DNA of 64,000 nucleotides from a virus (IMGVR_UViG_3300033073_001448:1-64000), one strand, 5' to 3'; numbered from the stretch's first letter, positions 49,178 through 57,977 are shown. Numbers and translations are program-made. The notes: generated from the sequence alone by a model not told the origin.

Positions 49178-49426
49178 ATGCCTTTACCATGTTATCGTGC
49201 AGTGGAACCACTGTACATTGTAATTTTTAGAAACAACCCACAGGCTGAATCTCGATTACGGTCCTGGATCAAGGACCACCGTGTGGAACATGCAGTGGTT
49301 CAAGGTAACAAGATGATGCTCCATCACCAGCAGGCCCTGGATCGATTTATGATTACCTGGCGAGACAACTGGGAATCAATCACAATTTGGGACACTTGGA
49401 ATCGCAAGCACATCTACGTGGCTTGA
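49178..49426 (+). CDS. hypothetical protein
   Basis: TAAATA upstream; RSWIK...DRFMITW weakly resembles the FxL(R/K)W family. Confidence 0.65.
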   Translation: MPLPCYRAVEPLYIVIFRNNPQAESRLRSWIKDHRVEHAVVQGNKMMLHHQQALDRFMITWRDNWESITIWDTWNRKHIYVA

Positions 49427-49447
49427 CTAGAGTGCCAAATTTCACTC

Positions 49448-49483
49448 ATAGACGTTGACAACGTCTATAAATTGTTGTACAAT
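49448..49483 (+). promoter_or_regulatory. promoter with 21-bp palindrome over the -35
   Basis: ATAGACGTTG-A-CAACGTCTAT; TTGACA-17-TACAAT. Confidence 0.7.
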
Positions 49484-49503
49484 TACTGTTCAAGGAGAAT
49501 ACT

Positions 49504-49692
49504 ATGTCAACACAACATGACGCAATCAAATCTGCCTACGAAACCTATCTAGCAGAAAACGAAAAATTTACCGCCAAGGGTGTCAAAGCATCAGCGGCTC
49601 GTGCTCGCAAGGCCTTGCAAGAATTAGGCAAAGCGCTCAAAGAGCGTCGCAAGGAAATCACTGCTGAGAAAGAGGCGCTGGCAGCAAAATGA
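49504..49692 (+). CDS. histone H1-like (Hc1-type) small basic protein
   Basis: KF..KG.KA.A.RARKAL.EL.K..KE.RK pattern. Confidence 0.7.
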   Translation: MSTQHDAIKSAYETYLAENEKFTAKGVKASAARARKALQELGKALKERRKEITAEKEALAAK

Positions 49693-49848
49693 AATTGAGA
49701 AAGTTGGCCCATGATCATGTGCAGGACTGGCCTATGATCATGACTGCTGAAGATCAGCAGAAGATGCTACGCGAGAAACTGGAACGTGCAGCCATTTGGG
49801 CCAGCACCGCCGGTGCTTGTGTAGCGGACATTCTCAAGGAATGTTGCT

Positions 49849-50382
49849 GTGAGTACCATCGACAACAAGATCAAATTAGATAACCCTTTTAAAATCGAAC
49901 CATTAACTCCCGATTCTATTACTATTGGACCGCTTGAGAGTACCACTATTGGTGCTATTGGCAGTGATACAATCAGCACAATAGATCTCAGTAGCTCAAC
50001 ACTGACCTATTCTAGTAGTCCAAATTACACTATCAACAATAGTGCATTACCAAACAGCATTTGGACTACAACCACTACCGGAACCGGATACAATTGGTCT
50101 GGTGTAGGTGGAGTCAGCGACGGAACCACCGTAGGTGCTGGAGGCAAGATATCATTAAAGGGACCGGACGCCGACGTTGACATCAACGGCAAGAGTCTCA
50201 AAAACTGGATGGAAAAAGTAGAAGAGCGTTTGAATATTCTTACCCCAAATCCCGAACTTGAAAAAGAGTGGGACGACTTGCGTAAGTTAGGTGAACGCTA
50301 TCGTAAACTAGAAAAGAAGTGCAAAGAGAAAGCCGAAGTATGGAAAAAACTCAAAGAGATGCCTCCACCAAAACTGGATTGA
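49849..50382 (+). CDS. hypothetical protein
   Basis: S/T-rich N-half, EERLNIL.PN.ELE.EW. Confidence 0.7.
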   Translation: MSTIDNKIKLDNPFKIEPLTPDSITIGPLESTTIGAIGSDTISTIDLSSSTLTYSSSPNYTINNSALPNSIWTTTTTGTGYNWSGVGGVSDGTTVGAGGKISLKGPDADVDINGKSLKNWMEKVEERLNILTPNPELEKEWDDLRKLGERYRKLEKKCKEKAEVWKKLKEMPPPKLD

Positions 50383-51194
50383 CTCCCCGGCAACGCATCA
50401 GCCATATCACAAAGTGGTTGAAGCAGTATGCCCGCAGTGCCAAAATCAACACTTTTGTAGTGGGTATTTCCGGTGGCATTGATTCCTCAGTGGTCAGTGC
50501 GCTGTGCGCCAAGACGGGTATCAAGACCATTGTGGTTCAGATGCCCATTCGTCAAAACAAGACTTTGGACAATCGCAGTTCAATGCAAGCCACCTGGCTG
50601 CTGAATCAACATCCAGAAACTGTCACCCACATGAGCATGGACTTGACTCCGGTGTTCTCTGCGTTTGAAAAGAAAGTGGATCCTTTCTGCAACATCGAAG
50701 ATGATACTTACGGAACATACAAACTGGCATCTGCTAACTCACGTGCTAGACTGCGAATGATGACCTTGTACCAGATTGCTCAGTGCCACAACGGCATTGT
50801 TGTGGGCACAGGCAACAAAGTGGAAGACTTTGGCGTGGGCTTTTTTACCAAGTATGGTGATGGTGGCGTGGACATTAGTCCCATTGGCGATTGCTTGAAA
50901 ACCGAAGTCTGGGACATGGGCCGTGAACTGGGCCTGGAGCAAGAGATCATTGACGCAGAACCCACTGACGGACTCTGGGACGACGGCCGTACAGACGAAG
51001 GTCAACTGGGCATGACATATCCTGAACTGGAACGGGCCATGGCCAATGACAAGATTGACCGAGACTGTGTATATGAAACTTTGGAAATCCCAATGGACCG
51101 AACCGAAAAGGCACAGTTAAAAAAGTATCGTGAGATTCGTGCTCGTAACCTGCACAAAATGCAACCAATTCCTGTGTGCGAAATGCCCAAGTAA
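50379..51194 (+). CDS. nadE: NH3-dependent NAD+ synthetase
   Basis: GISGGIDS, NSRARLRM, GTGNKVE, FFTKYGDG, PTDGLW, TDE. Confidence 0.95.
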   Translation: MTPRQRISHITKWLKQYARSAKINTFVVGISGGIDSSVVSALCAKTGIKTIVVQMPIRQNKTLDNRSSMQATWLLNQHPETVTHMSMDLTPVFSAFEKKVDPFCNIEDDTYGTYKLASANSRARLRMMTLYQIAQCHNGIVVGTGNKVEDFGVGFFTKYGDGGVDISPIGDCLKTEVWDMGRELGLEQEIIDAEPTDGLWDDGRTDEGQLGMTYPELERAMANDKIDRDCVYETLEIPMDRTEKAQLKKYREIRARNLHKMQPIPVCEMPK

Positions 51195-51276
51195 ACTACG
51201 CCGTTTACTTCAAAACGGCACCTTTTTGGCCCGGTCTTTGGCCGGTTCTTCAACCATCTGAGTAAGTAAAACTACC

Positions 51277-51852
51277 ATGAAAGCACAAGTAAACTACATC
51301 AGTGATCAACTCACAACTTGGAGTTCACGAGCACTCAAAGCCGCAGGGCTTTGGTTAGTGGTCTTAGCAGTGATTGCTGTTTGCGATCATCGTCTCGGAG
51401 AACTTCGCTCGGGTGTGGAAACCATGCCCCCTGGTTATGTGTCGGCCCAAGAAAAAATCCGTCAATTGGATTGCTTGACTCGTAATATCTACTGGGAAGC
51501 CGCTTCTGAGCCTTTTGAAGGCAAAGTAGCAGTGGCCCAAGTCACAATGAACAGACTTGCATCTGGACGCTTTGGCGATTCTGTATGTGGAGTTATCTAT
51601 CAAAAGAATATTATCTACGAAAAGGTAATTTGCCAATTTTCGTGGGTGTGTGAAACCACACACAAGACCAAACCTGTGTATCAGCCCTTATGGGCAGAAT
51701 CAGAACTAGTGGCCAGAAAAGTGTTGTTGGAAAACTTCCGCTTGCCCGGACTCAAAGAAGCACTGTACTATCACGCAGATTATGTAAGCCCGGGATGGAA
51801 AAAACCCCGAATTGATAAAATTGGTCGTCACATTTTTTACGGAGAGCGTTAA
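51277..51852 (+). CDS. cell wall hydrolase (SleB/Hydrolase_2)
   Basis: CLTRNIYWEA, AVAQV..NR, CQFSW, YYHADYV.P.W, IGRHIFY. Confidence 0.92.
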   Translation: MKAQVNYISDQLTTWSSRALKAAGLWLVVLAVIAVCDHRLGELRSGVETMPPGYVSAQEKIRQLDCLTRNIYWEAASEPFEGKVAVAQVTMNRLASGRFGDSVCGVIYQKNIIYEKVICQFSWVCETTHKTKPVYQPLWAESELVARKVLLENFRLPGLKEALYYHADYVSPGWKKPRIDKIGRHIFYGER

Positions 51853-52166
51853 TGCCTTTTAAGTTTCCTGTCACCATTGTTGCTATTCGCGAATTTCTCA
51901 ACAATAGCCTTGCAAAACTTTCGGCTGATACACTAGGCTGGCTAGCAGCCATTGTGCTACATTGTGCCACTTTGCCAGCATTTCTGGCTCTGATGACCGG
52001 ACTGTCAGACAAGACACCAGGTTTGGACACGATCTTGTTTCTCTGGGGTGGCCTGGTGCTGTTGTTTTTGCGAGCAGTGGTACTCAAAGATATCCTCAAC
52101 ATCATTACTATTGGCTTTGGTTTTATACTGCAAGCAGGGTGCATGGCGCTGATCTTGTTTAAGTAA
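51852..52166 (+). CDS. membrane protein (SemiSWEET/PQ-loop-like, 3 TM)
   Basis: 3 TM segments, LGW.A..L....LP. Confidence 0.65.
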   Translation: MPFKFPVTIVAIREFLNNSLAKLSADTLGWLAAIVLHCATLPAFLALMTGLSDKTPGLDTILFLWGGLVLLFLRAVVLKDILNIITIGFGFILQAGCMALILFK

Positions 52167-52169
52167 AAA

Positions 52170-52206
52170 GTATTACATTGACCAATAATCCTATATTTGC
52201 TATAAT
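52170..52206 (+). promoter_or_regulatory. GTATTAC site + sigma70 promoter, leaderless start
   Basis: TTGACC-17-TATAAT, ATG 6 nt downstream. Confidence 0.8.
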
Positions 52207-52212
52207 ATAGGC

Positions 52213-52440
52213 ATGATTACGCAAACAACCAAGACTTACATTTGTCTGCGCCCTGGCGACCCGGACTTTGCATTTTCGCCCAATGGCATCTCCCTGGTGC
52301 CACGTGCAGGTTTTGAAATCAGCAAAAAGTGTCCGGACCATTACAAACAGATTTTAATGGAATGCTTGCGGCATGACTGGATCACGCCTGTGGCACACAT
52401 GCGCGACACTGAATATACCATGGAGTTACTTCGAAAATGA
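52213..52440 (+). CDS. hypothetical protein
   Basis: PRAGFEI...CP. Confidence 0.7.
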   Translation: MITQTTKTYICLRPGDPDFAFSPNGISLVPRAGFEISKKCPDHYKQILMECLRHDWITPVAHMRDTEYTMELLRK

Positions 52441-52832
52441 CAATGCATCTTTGTGGCCCTGCCCTGAGTCTCAACGGCAAGAAAAAAGGCAAAGTCAAGT
52501 TCCGCAACGCCGAAGAGGCTCGCAAGGCACGTGAGCTTGCGGCCGACTGGGAGAAACTTAAAACTAAATGGGCTGTGCCCGCAAAGGAGAAACGTGTGGG
52601 CAAAATTTTTGAACCCTTACACACTGGTGGTTATCGTTTGACTGCGCCGCCCGGTCGCACTACCTCTCGCGACTTGCCCAGCCGTGTCACAGAAGGCCAT
52701 TCCACTGCGGCCGTACACAAGGTCTATACCGGCGACAAAGTTCTTGGCATTGCTACCATGCACAAGTCAAATGCTGTGCCTGTATTTGCACAGGAAGAGG
52801 CTGTGGAAATTTCCAAGATGCGTCGTGGCTAA
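52437..52832 (+). CDS. conserved phage basic protein
   Basis: YTG...GIATMHKSNAVPV...ISKMRR. Confidence 0.8.
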   Translation: MTMHLCGPALSLNGKKKGKVKFRNAEEARKARELAADWEKLKTKWAVPAKEKRVGKIFEPLHTGGYRLTAPPGRTTSRDLPSRVTEGHSTAAVHKVYTGDKVLGIATMHKSNAVPVFAQEEAVEISKMRRG

Positions 52833-53037
52833 ACCGCATTTTATTGTGGCTGACCCAGAGATAGCTCGTAGTCTTGGTCAACCTGTGATTGTGATGTTGA
52901 GCGACATTGCATTTTGGAACATAAATTATGATTCATTGCATGAATGGTGTCGGCAAAATCACAGTGAAGTGCAAGGTATGACTGTGAATATCCCCGACGA
53001 TGTCACACTCACTGCATTTTGTTTGAGGTGGGCATGA
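52825..53037 (+). CDS. FxL(R/K)W family small protein
   Basis: HEWCR...IPDDVTLTAFCLRWA. Confidence 0.75.
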   Translation: MAKPHFIVADPEIARSLGQPVIVMLSDIAFWNINYDSLHEWCRQNHSEVQGMTVNIPDDVTLTAFCLRWA

Positions 53038-53270
53038 TCGAAATTACATTGAACAATCAACTCTGTGATCGAGTGCTATATTATGAAACTGGATTCGAAC
53101 AACTGCATCCTTTGCCTGAAATTCATTGCTGGATGGATCAGCGTGGCCAAACCTACCAACAAGATTGGCATGTCAAGCGTGTAAACCACACCATGTATCA
53201 ACGCAGTCATTACATGTTGGTTATCAACAACGACCAAATAGCAACTGAATTTGTACTACGCTGGCTATGA
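53034..53270 (+). CDS. FxL(R/K)W family small protein
   Basis: HCWMD...INNDQIATEFVLRWL. Confidence 0.8.
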   Translation: MIEITLNNQLCDRVLYYETGFEQLHPLPEIHCWMDQRGQTYQQDWHVKRVNHTMYQRSHYMLVINNDQIATEFVLRWL

Positions 53271-53485
53271 TAAAATATCACTATCCCTGGCCTGAGCAGG
53301 CACCTACACTAAAGGTTCCAGTGTTACACCGTGTGAACTTTTCGGGTTATCGTTTTGCAGAAATGCGTGAGTGGTTGGAAGCCAACTGTAGGGCACCATA
53401 CTACACCAGTCCAGGATGGACCGGCAACTTTGTTGAGTTTGAAGACGACCAGGATGCCACTGCATTTGCACTGAGGTGGTCATGA
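53267..53485 (+). CDS. FxL(R/K)W family small protein
   Basis: REWLE...EFEDDQDATAFALRWS. Confidence 0.8.
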   Translation: MIKYHYPWPEQAPTLKVPVLHRVNFSGYRFAEMREWLEANCRAPYYTSPGWTGNFVEFEDDQDATAFALRWS

Positions 53486-53706
53486 TCTTAGCCACAGTCA
53501 AACTGTATCATCCGAAACAACAAAATCGTTGGGTTGACGAAAGCCCTATCAATGTGTGGCTGTTGGCCAATGTTGGTGTTCATGCCCGCTATAGAGATTT
53601 AGTAGACGAATCAAGACCGTGGCATGTGGATCATGAAAGAGATTATCTTGTGTATCACTTTGCTCGTGAGCGCGATGCCACAGCGTTTGCACTGAAGTTT
53701 GCATGA
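53482..53706 (+). CDS. FxL(R/K)W family small protein
   Basis: NVWLLANVG...HFARERDATAFALKFA. Confidence 0.8.
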   Translation: MILATVKLYHPKQQNRWVDESPINVWLLANVGVHARYRDLVDESRPWHVDHERDYLVYHFARERDATAFALKFA

Positions 53707-53924
53707 ATCCACTGTTGGTTCACGAAGTTGTAATCTACAACGATGATTGGTACAAGGCAGAAGCTTGGTGCGAGCAAAACATTGGGCAATTTAATATCAC
53801 ATGGTATAAACTTGGTATTGATCCGTTGGAGATGATGATGCGTTCCCCAGGAGCCAAAACCAAGACAGTTTGGTATTTCCTCCGCGAACAAGACGCAACA
53901 ATGTTTAAACTAAAATGGACGTGA
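53703..53924 (+). CDS. FxL(R/K)W family small protein
   Basis: EAWCEQNIG...YFLREQDATMFKLKWT. Confidence 0.8.
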   Translation: MNPLLVHEVVIYNDDWYKAEAWCEQNIGQFNITWYKLGIDPLEMMMRSPGAKTKTVWYFLREQDATMFKLKWT

Positions 53925-54136
53925 TGGGTACCAAAACATTTGCTGAAAAGGGCAGAGTTCGACTGGTGGGTGACGAAAGAGATGTCGCTGTGGTTTCAAA
54001 CTATCGCGAAGATGTATGGGCATGGTGCGATGCCAACAACATCGAGGTGGAATATCAAGGAACTTTGGCCAAAGTAGATCTCTGGCGTATTCGCAATGAG
54101 CAACAACGTGTGGCATTTTTATTAAAATGGAGTTAG
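53915..54136 (+). CDS. FxL(R/K)W family small protein (start 53915 or 53924)
   Basis: WAWCD...RIRNEQQRVAFLLKWS. Confidence 0.8.
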   Translation: MDVMGTKTFAEKGRVRLVGDERDVAVVSNYREDVWAWCDANNIEVEYQGTLAKVDLWRIRNEQQRVAFLLKWS

Positions 54137-54378
54137 ATATCAGCGAAGGCTCAGTGTATGGTGCAAGGTACTATACTGTGCGCCCAATGTTTCCAGCACA
54201 TGCGCCAACTTGGTTTAGGCAAGAATGGGATGATATGCTACAATGGTGTGTTAGTACATTCGGTCCCACACCTGAAGATGGTGTATGGACACCTGGTGCT
54301 CGCTGGTATGTCAACAATTCTAAGTTTTGGTTTCGAAATGAGCAAGATCGCTCTTGGTTTGTATTAAGGTGGACATGA
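54127..54378 (+). CDS. FxL(R/K)W family small protein
   Basis: LQWCVSTFG...WFRNEQDRSWFVLRWT. Confidence 0.8.
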   Translation: MELDISEGSVYGARYYTVRPMFPAHAPTWFRQEWDDMLQWCVSTFGPTPEDGVWTPGARWYVNNSKFWFRNEQDRSWFVLRWT

Positions 54379-54623
54379 TGCCGGAACGATTTTGTGTACC
54401 GATTACCTATGGCAACTTTGGTGAAAAGTGGCCCACATACTTTGAAAACTTTTTTCGACATTGCAATGAAATAGCCGAAGCCAATGGCTGGATGCCTATT
54501 ACCGTGATGAACCATCAACTAAAACCCTATGGAGGCAAACTGATTATGACCAAAACACAAGGATGGTATCTGCGATGGGACACCGAATCTGCACAAACGG
54601 CGTTTGTACTGAAATGGAATTAA
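54375..54623 (+). CDS. FxL(R/K)W family small protein
   Basis: RWDTESAQTAFVLKWN. Confidence 0.8.
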   Translation: MMPERFCVPITYGNFGEKWPTYFENFFRHCNEIAEANGWMPITVMNHQLKPYGGKLIMTKTQGWYLRWDTESAQTAFVLKWN

Positions 54624-54625
54624 TT

Positions 54626-54922
54626 ATGTCAGGATTTCAATCAAAGCGCATGATAACAACCCATGGACGAGGAATGGGCAAATCAGTTTGGGCCAATATG
54701 ATTAGAGAACTAACAATGCCAGATGTAAAAGTTTTGGACAGTGCCGACGTTGACGGAAAAACATGGTATACAGTACAATTGAGTATGCCTGCCAGGGAGT
54801 GGCTACGGGAACAACCTACAGAAGATTGGCATGAGCACATTGATCAACGATATTACGTAAATCAAAGTATGTTTGACATAAGTGAACAGATGTATTCAGC
54901 ACTGACATTAAAATGGAGTTGA
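54626..54922 (+). CDS. FxL(R/K)W family small protein (start 54614 or 54626)
   Basis: REWLRE...FDISEQMYSALTLKWS. Confidence 0.75.
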   Translation: MSGFQSKRMITTHGRGMGKSVWANMIRELTMPDVKVLDSADVDGKTWYTVQLSMPAREWLREQPTEDWHEHIDQRYYVNQSMFDISEQMYSALTLKWS

Positions 54923-55290
54923 ATACACCTTTCAAAATTAGGGACCTGCCCGACAATTCATGGTCAGTGAGTTGGCCCGGCTATGAATATGTTTTGGTCA
55001 ACAACATTGTCAAGGCACAGAATTTACTTGAAATTTTATTTGACAAACTCAAAATCAATGAAGTAGAGTTAGCTCTGCGTAGAGAAGGTTGGAGTGAAGA
55101 TAAAACCGAAATCATGCACGTCAATGTGTCTGCCTGGTGGCAAGATAAAGTCGGTTTGGCAAAGTATCTCACTGATTTTATTGTTGTAGGAATAAAGTTT
55201 AGAGATCTTGCTAAAGCAGAACAATTCAAAGACATTATGGACAAGCGACTAATGTGGTCCAGACTCAGCGGCGGAAAAAAGTGGAAATGA
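54913..55290 (+). CDS. hypothetical protein
   Basis: Starts inside the KW codons of the upstream gene. Confidence 0.7.
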   Translation: MELNTPFKIRDLPDNSWSVSWPGYEYVLVNNIVKAQNLLEILFDKLKINEVELALRREGWSEDKTEIMHVNVSAWWQDKVGLAKYLTDFIVVGIKFRDLAKAEQFKDIMDKRLMWSRLSGGKKWK

Positions 55291-55574
55291 ACTACAATCC
55301 TGCGCCGCCTGTTAAGTTGGGTAGAAGCATTGGCTGGAACTTGGATAGACAGGACATGGAAATAACCCAACGCATACACGACGGTGCAGGATGTTATCCT
55401 TGGCGCAAGACATTTTTATTGGTTCCTAGACGTAGCATTACCGGTCAAGAACTTTGGATGACTGTTGCCTACAAACGACGATACTGGGCAGTATGGGGCA
55501 CCGGATTTCATTACGAACCTCACGTAGAATATGCTACAATATTTGAAATACTAGCAGACCAGAGAGAACAATGA
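55287..55574 (+). CDS. hypothetical protein
   Basis: Coupled ORF. Confidence 0.65.
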   Translation: MNYNPAPPVKLGRSIGWNLDRQDMEITQRIHDGAGCYPWRKTFLLVPRRSITGQELWMTVAYKRRYWAVWGTGFHYEPHVEYATIFEILADQREQ

Positions 55575-55774
55575 ACGTCGCAAAAGAAAACACATTTAGA
55601 GCCTTAAAGGATGATCCATTGTTGATTACTTCGTGGCTGTGTAGATTTGGTTGGCATCGTTGGACACAATGGTCAGAAGTGTATTTGCCCAAGAATGGCA
55701 AAAACAACATTCAACATGGCCATTGCGGCTGTTGCAACAAAATGCGAGTTAGAATAGTGGTAGGTCCGATATGA
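55571..55774 (+). CDS. hypothetical protein (Cys/His, DUF1660-like)
   Basis: LCRFGWHRW...CGCC. Confidence 0.65.
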   Translation: MNVAKENTFRALKDDPLLITSWLCRFGWHRWTQWSEVYLPKNGKNNIQHGHCGCCNKMRVRIVVGPI

Positions 55775-56106
55775 AAGCCTGTGTTTGGTATACCATAGAT
55801 GAACGGGTTCCGCCCCGTAGTGGCTACTACCTTGGCTTCAAAGGCATGAGCATGGGCGACAGTGAAACTGGCTGTGACTATTATTACTGGAACGCCAAAT
55901 CAGCGGAGTGGCGAGAAAGTCAAATCAGCAATGCGCATCCGGTCAATGTGGTGTATTGGACTGAAGCAGATCCCGGCGGCTGGTATGACAAGTATCGTAT
56001 TCGACAGAAGTCCGGACCCTTGCCTCCAGCAGAACAAGATGCTTGGAATGAAGTACAACGAGCAATCGAACGATATGAAATGGTAAAGGCTTTGACACAG
56101 TTATGA
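55771..56106 (+). CDS. hypothetical protein (DUF551-like)
   Basis: W.TIDERVP..SG.YL, V.YW. Confidence 0.65.
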   Translation: MKACVWYTIDERVPPRSGYYLGFKGMSMGDSETGCDYYYWNAKSAEWRESQISNAHPVNVVYWTEADPGGWYDKYRIRQKSGPLPPAEQDAWNEVQRAIERYEMVKALTQL

Positions 56107-56333
56107 ACAAAATAATTTGGGACATAGACAAAGAAGATCCGATGCATATCAGAATCTGGGCATCAAGTGATGACTACAACTTAAAACTGCCACCAATGGC
56201 CAGTATTTTCTTAGGCGAGGCCATGGAATCTGCAGGCCGAGAAGCAGTGATGAGTCATATCGCGGAAATTGATCGTAGCCCCTGGATACGTGCCTGGCAC
56301 GCTGACCATACTTTCAAACTGTTAAAGAGATAA
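56103..56333 (+). CDS. hypothetical protein
   Basis: Coupled ORF. Confidence 0.6.
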   Translation: MNKIIWDIDKEDPMHIRIWASSDDYNLKLPPMASIFLGEAMESAGREAVMSHIAEIDRSPWIRAWHADHTFKLLKR

Positions 56334-56336
56334 AAT

Positions 56337-56804
56337 ATGAACTACAATTCTATGACAGATCTTGAACTGTTACACTACTTGGATATCTACAGCGACGATC
56401 CACTGGTTCGCAGACTGATTGATGTGCTCACAAGAACTCGTGGTGCAATTATTTCAGACCTTGAAGAAGCAGGCATGGATCCACAGACCTGGACATTCGG
56501 CGATGGCTGGGAACAGCAGTTTCCAGGACAATACATTATAGATCTCAAGAAACAAGTAACATACGCTGAAGAAGAACTTGAGGGTGTAAAATACAAACTG
56601 GAAGAAGCAGAAAAAGAGCTTGACGAGCTCAAGACTCGTAGCATTATGGACTTTGTTCAAGAAGTTTGGCAAGAGAAGCGAACTGCTACTTTCAAAGTTC
56701 AAGAAGCGTTGAAAGAAGCCGAACATCAGCGCAAAGAAAATGATCGCCTTCGAGAGCAGATTGACATGTGGGGCAAACTTAACCAAGTGAAACAAGGAGT
56801 GTAA
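56337..56804 (+). CDS. coiled-coil protein
   Basis: Heptad-rich C-half. Confidence 0.7.
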   Translation: MNYNSMTDLELLHYLDIYSDDPLVRRLIDVLTRTRGAIISDLEEAGMDPQTWTFGDGWEQQFPGQYIIDLKKQVTYAEEELEGVKYKLEEAEKELDELKTRSIMDFVQEVWQEKRTATFKVQEALKEAEHQRKENDRLREQIDMWGKLNQVKQGV

Positions 56805-56805
56805 A

Positions 56806-57186
56806 ATGGATTGGGAAAAATCGGAAGTGGTACGACTACTCAAGGGCGCACCGGGCACACACTATCAAGAAGCAGATGATACAAATAAAACAATTATTAG
56901 AGATTGGATTCGCAGTCTGCTACAAAGAAGTTCTATCACAGTGACCTTTGTCAAAGCCGACGGCACTGTGCGCGACATGAAATGTACTCTAAACTGGGAG
57001 TTAATTCCTGTAGACAAACAGCCCAAGGGCGATGTTCCTGTGGAAAATTTGCTTAAAGAAAACAAAAAACCCCGCAAAGAACCTGATCCGCACAGCCTCA
57101 GGGTATTTGACATTGAGAAGCAAGAATGGCGCAGTTTCCGTTTTGACCGACTGCAAAAGGTCACTGCGGAATTAGAATTCAAATAA
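56806..57186 (+). CDS. SH3/WYL_2-like phage protein
   Basis: VTFVKADGTVRDM.CTL, VFDIEKQEWRSFR. Confidence 0.8.
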   Translation: MDWEKSEVVRLLKGAPGTHYQEADDTNKTIIRDWIRSLLQRSSITVTFVKADGTVRDMKCTLNWELIPVDKQPKGDVPVENLLKENKKPRKEPDPHSLRVFDIEKQEWRSFRFDRLQKVTAELEFK

Positions 57187-57196
57187 ATATTGATTC

Positions 57197-57415
57197 ATGG
57201 CTAAAGAAGAAGGTTTAAAAATGGACGGTGTTGTGGTAGATGTACTGCCCAACGCTATGTTTAAAGTCAAAATTGCAAATACAGAATCTGTGATCACAGG
57301 CATAATTTCAGGACGCATGAGACAGCACAACATCAAAATTTTACTGGGAGATACTGTGGAAGTAGAATTCAGTCCATATGACCTCACCCGCGGACGTATC
57401 ACACGTCGCCGCTAA
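57197..57415 (+). CDS. infA: translation initiation factor IF-1
   Basis: MAKEE, LPNAMF.V, ISGRMR...I.IL.GD.V.VE.SPYDLTRGRI. Confidence 0.96.
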   Translation: MAKEEGLKMDGVVVDVLPNAMFKVKIANTESVITGIISGRMRQHNIKILLGDTVEVEFSPYDLTRGRITRRR

Positions 57416-57425
57416 ATATCAAGTT

Positions 57426-57977
57426 ATGACAACAATTCGCGACACCATCAACATTGTTGAAGCCAGTACAAAACCAGCAAAACTGGAAACCACTCCCTTG
57501 CCTTACAGTGAAAAAGACCTTGAACCTGTAATGAGCCGGGCTACCATTGACTATCACTACGAGCATTTGGCCAAAGGCTATGCAAAACGCTACAACGCAG
57601 GAGAAGGTAATGCGAATTTTAATCGTGCTGGCAATTTTTTACACAATCAGTTCTTCACTCAGTTTAGGGCTCCTAAGGGCGCCAATCGTCCCCGTGGCCC
57701 AGTACTTGAACTAATCGAAGAGCATTTCAAGACCTGGGAAGATTTCAAAGAAGCCTTCAAAGAAACTGCAATGAAGATACAAGGATCAGGCTGGGTTTAC
57801 TTGAGCACTGGTGGAGACATCAAGACCATTGCCAATCATGCTGTACGCACTGACATCTGTGTGTTGGTAGACTGGTGGGAGCATGCCTGGGCCCTGGACT
57901 ATCAAAGCGACAAAGAAGGTTATCTAGACAACATCTGGAAAATCATCAACTGGGACATTTGCAACGCAAGACTATGA
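57426..57977 (+). CDS. sod: Fe/Mn superoxide dismutase
   Basis: LPY...LEP.MS, YHYEH, LHN.FF, GSGW, DWWEHA. Confidence 0.92.
   Translation: MTTIRDTINIVEASTKPAKLETTPLPYSEKDLEPVMSRATIDYHYEHLAKGYAKRYNAGEGNANFNRAGNFLHNQFFTQFRAPKGANRPRGPVLELIEEHFKTWEDFKEAFKETAMKIQGSGWVYLSTGGDIKTIANHAVRTDICVLVDWWEHAWALDYQSDKEGYLDNIWKIINWDICNARL

Noticed and set aside
49689-49883. 64-aa ORF after the histone-like gene
   Set aside because: Possible, but no motif support and it overlaps the next gene; not listed as a feature.
52825-54922. Diversity-generating retroelement or integron behind the arrays
   Set aside because: No reverse transcriptase, integrase, TR/VR pair or attC-like hairpin is visible in the window; the genes overlap with no intergenic sites.
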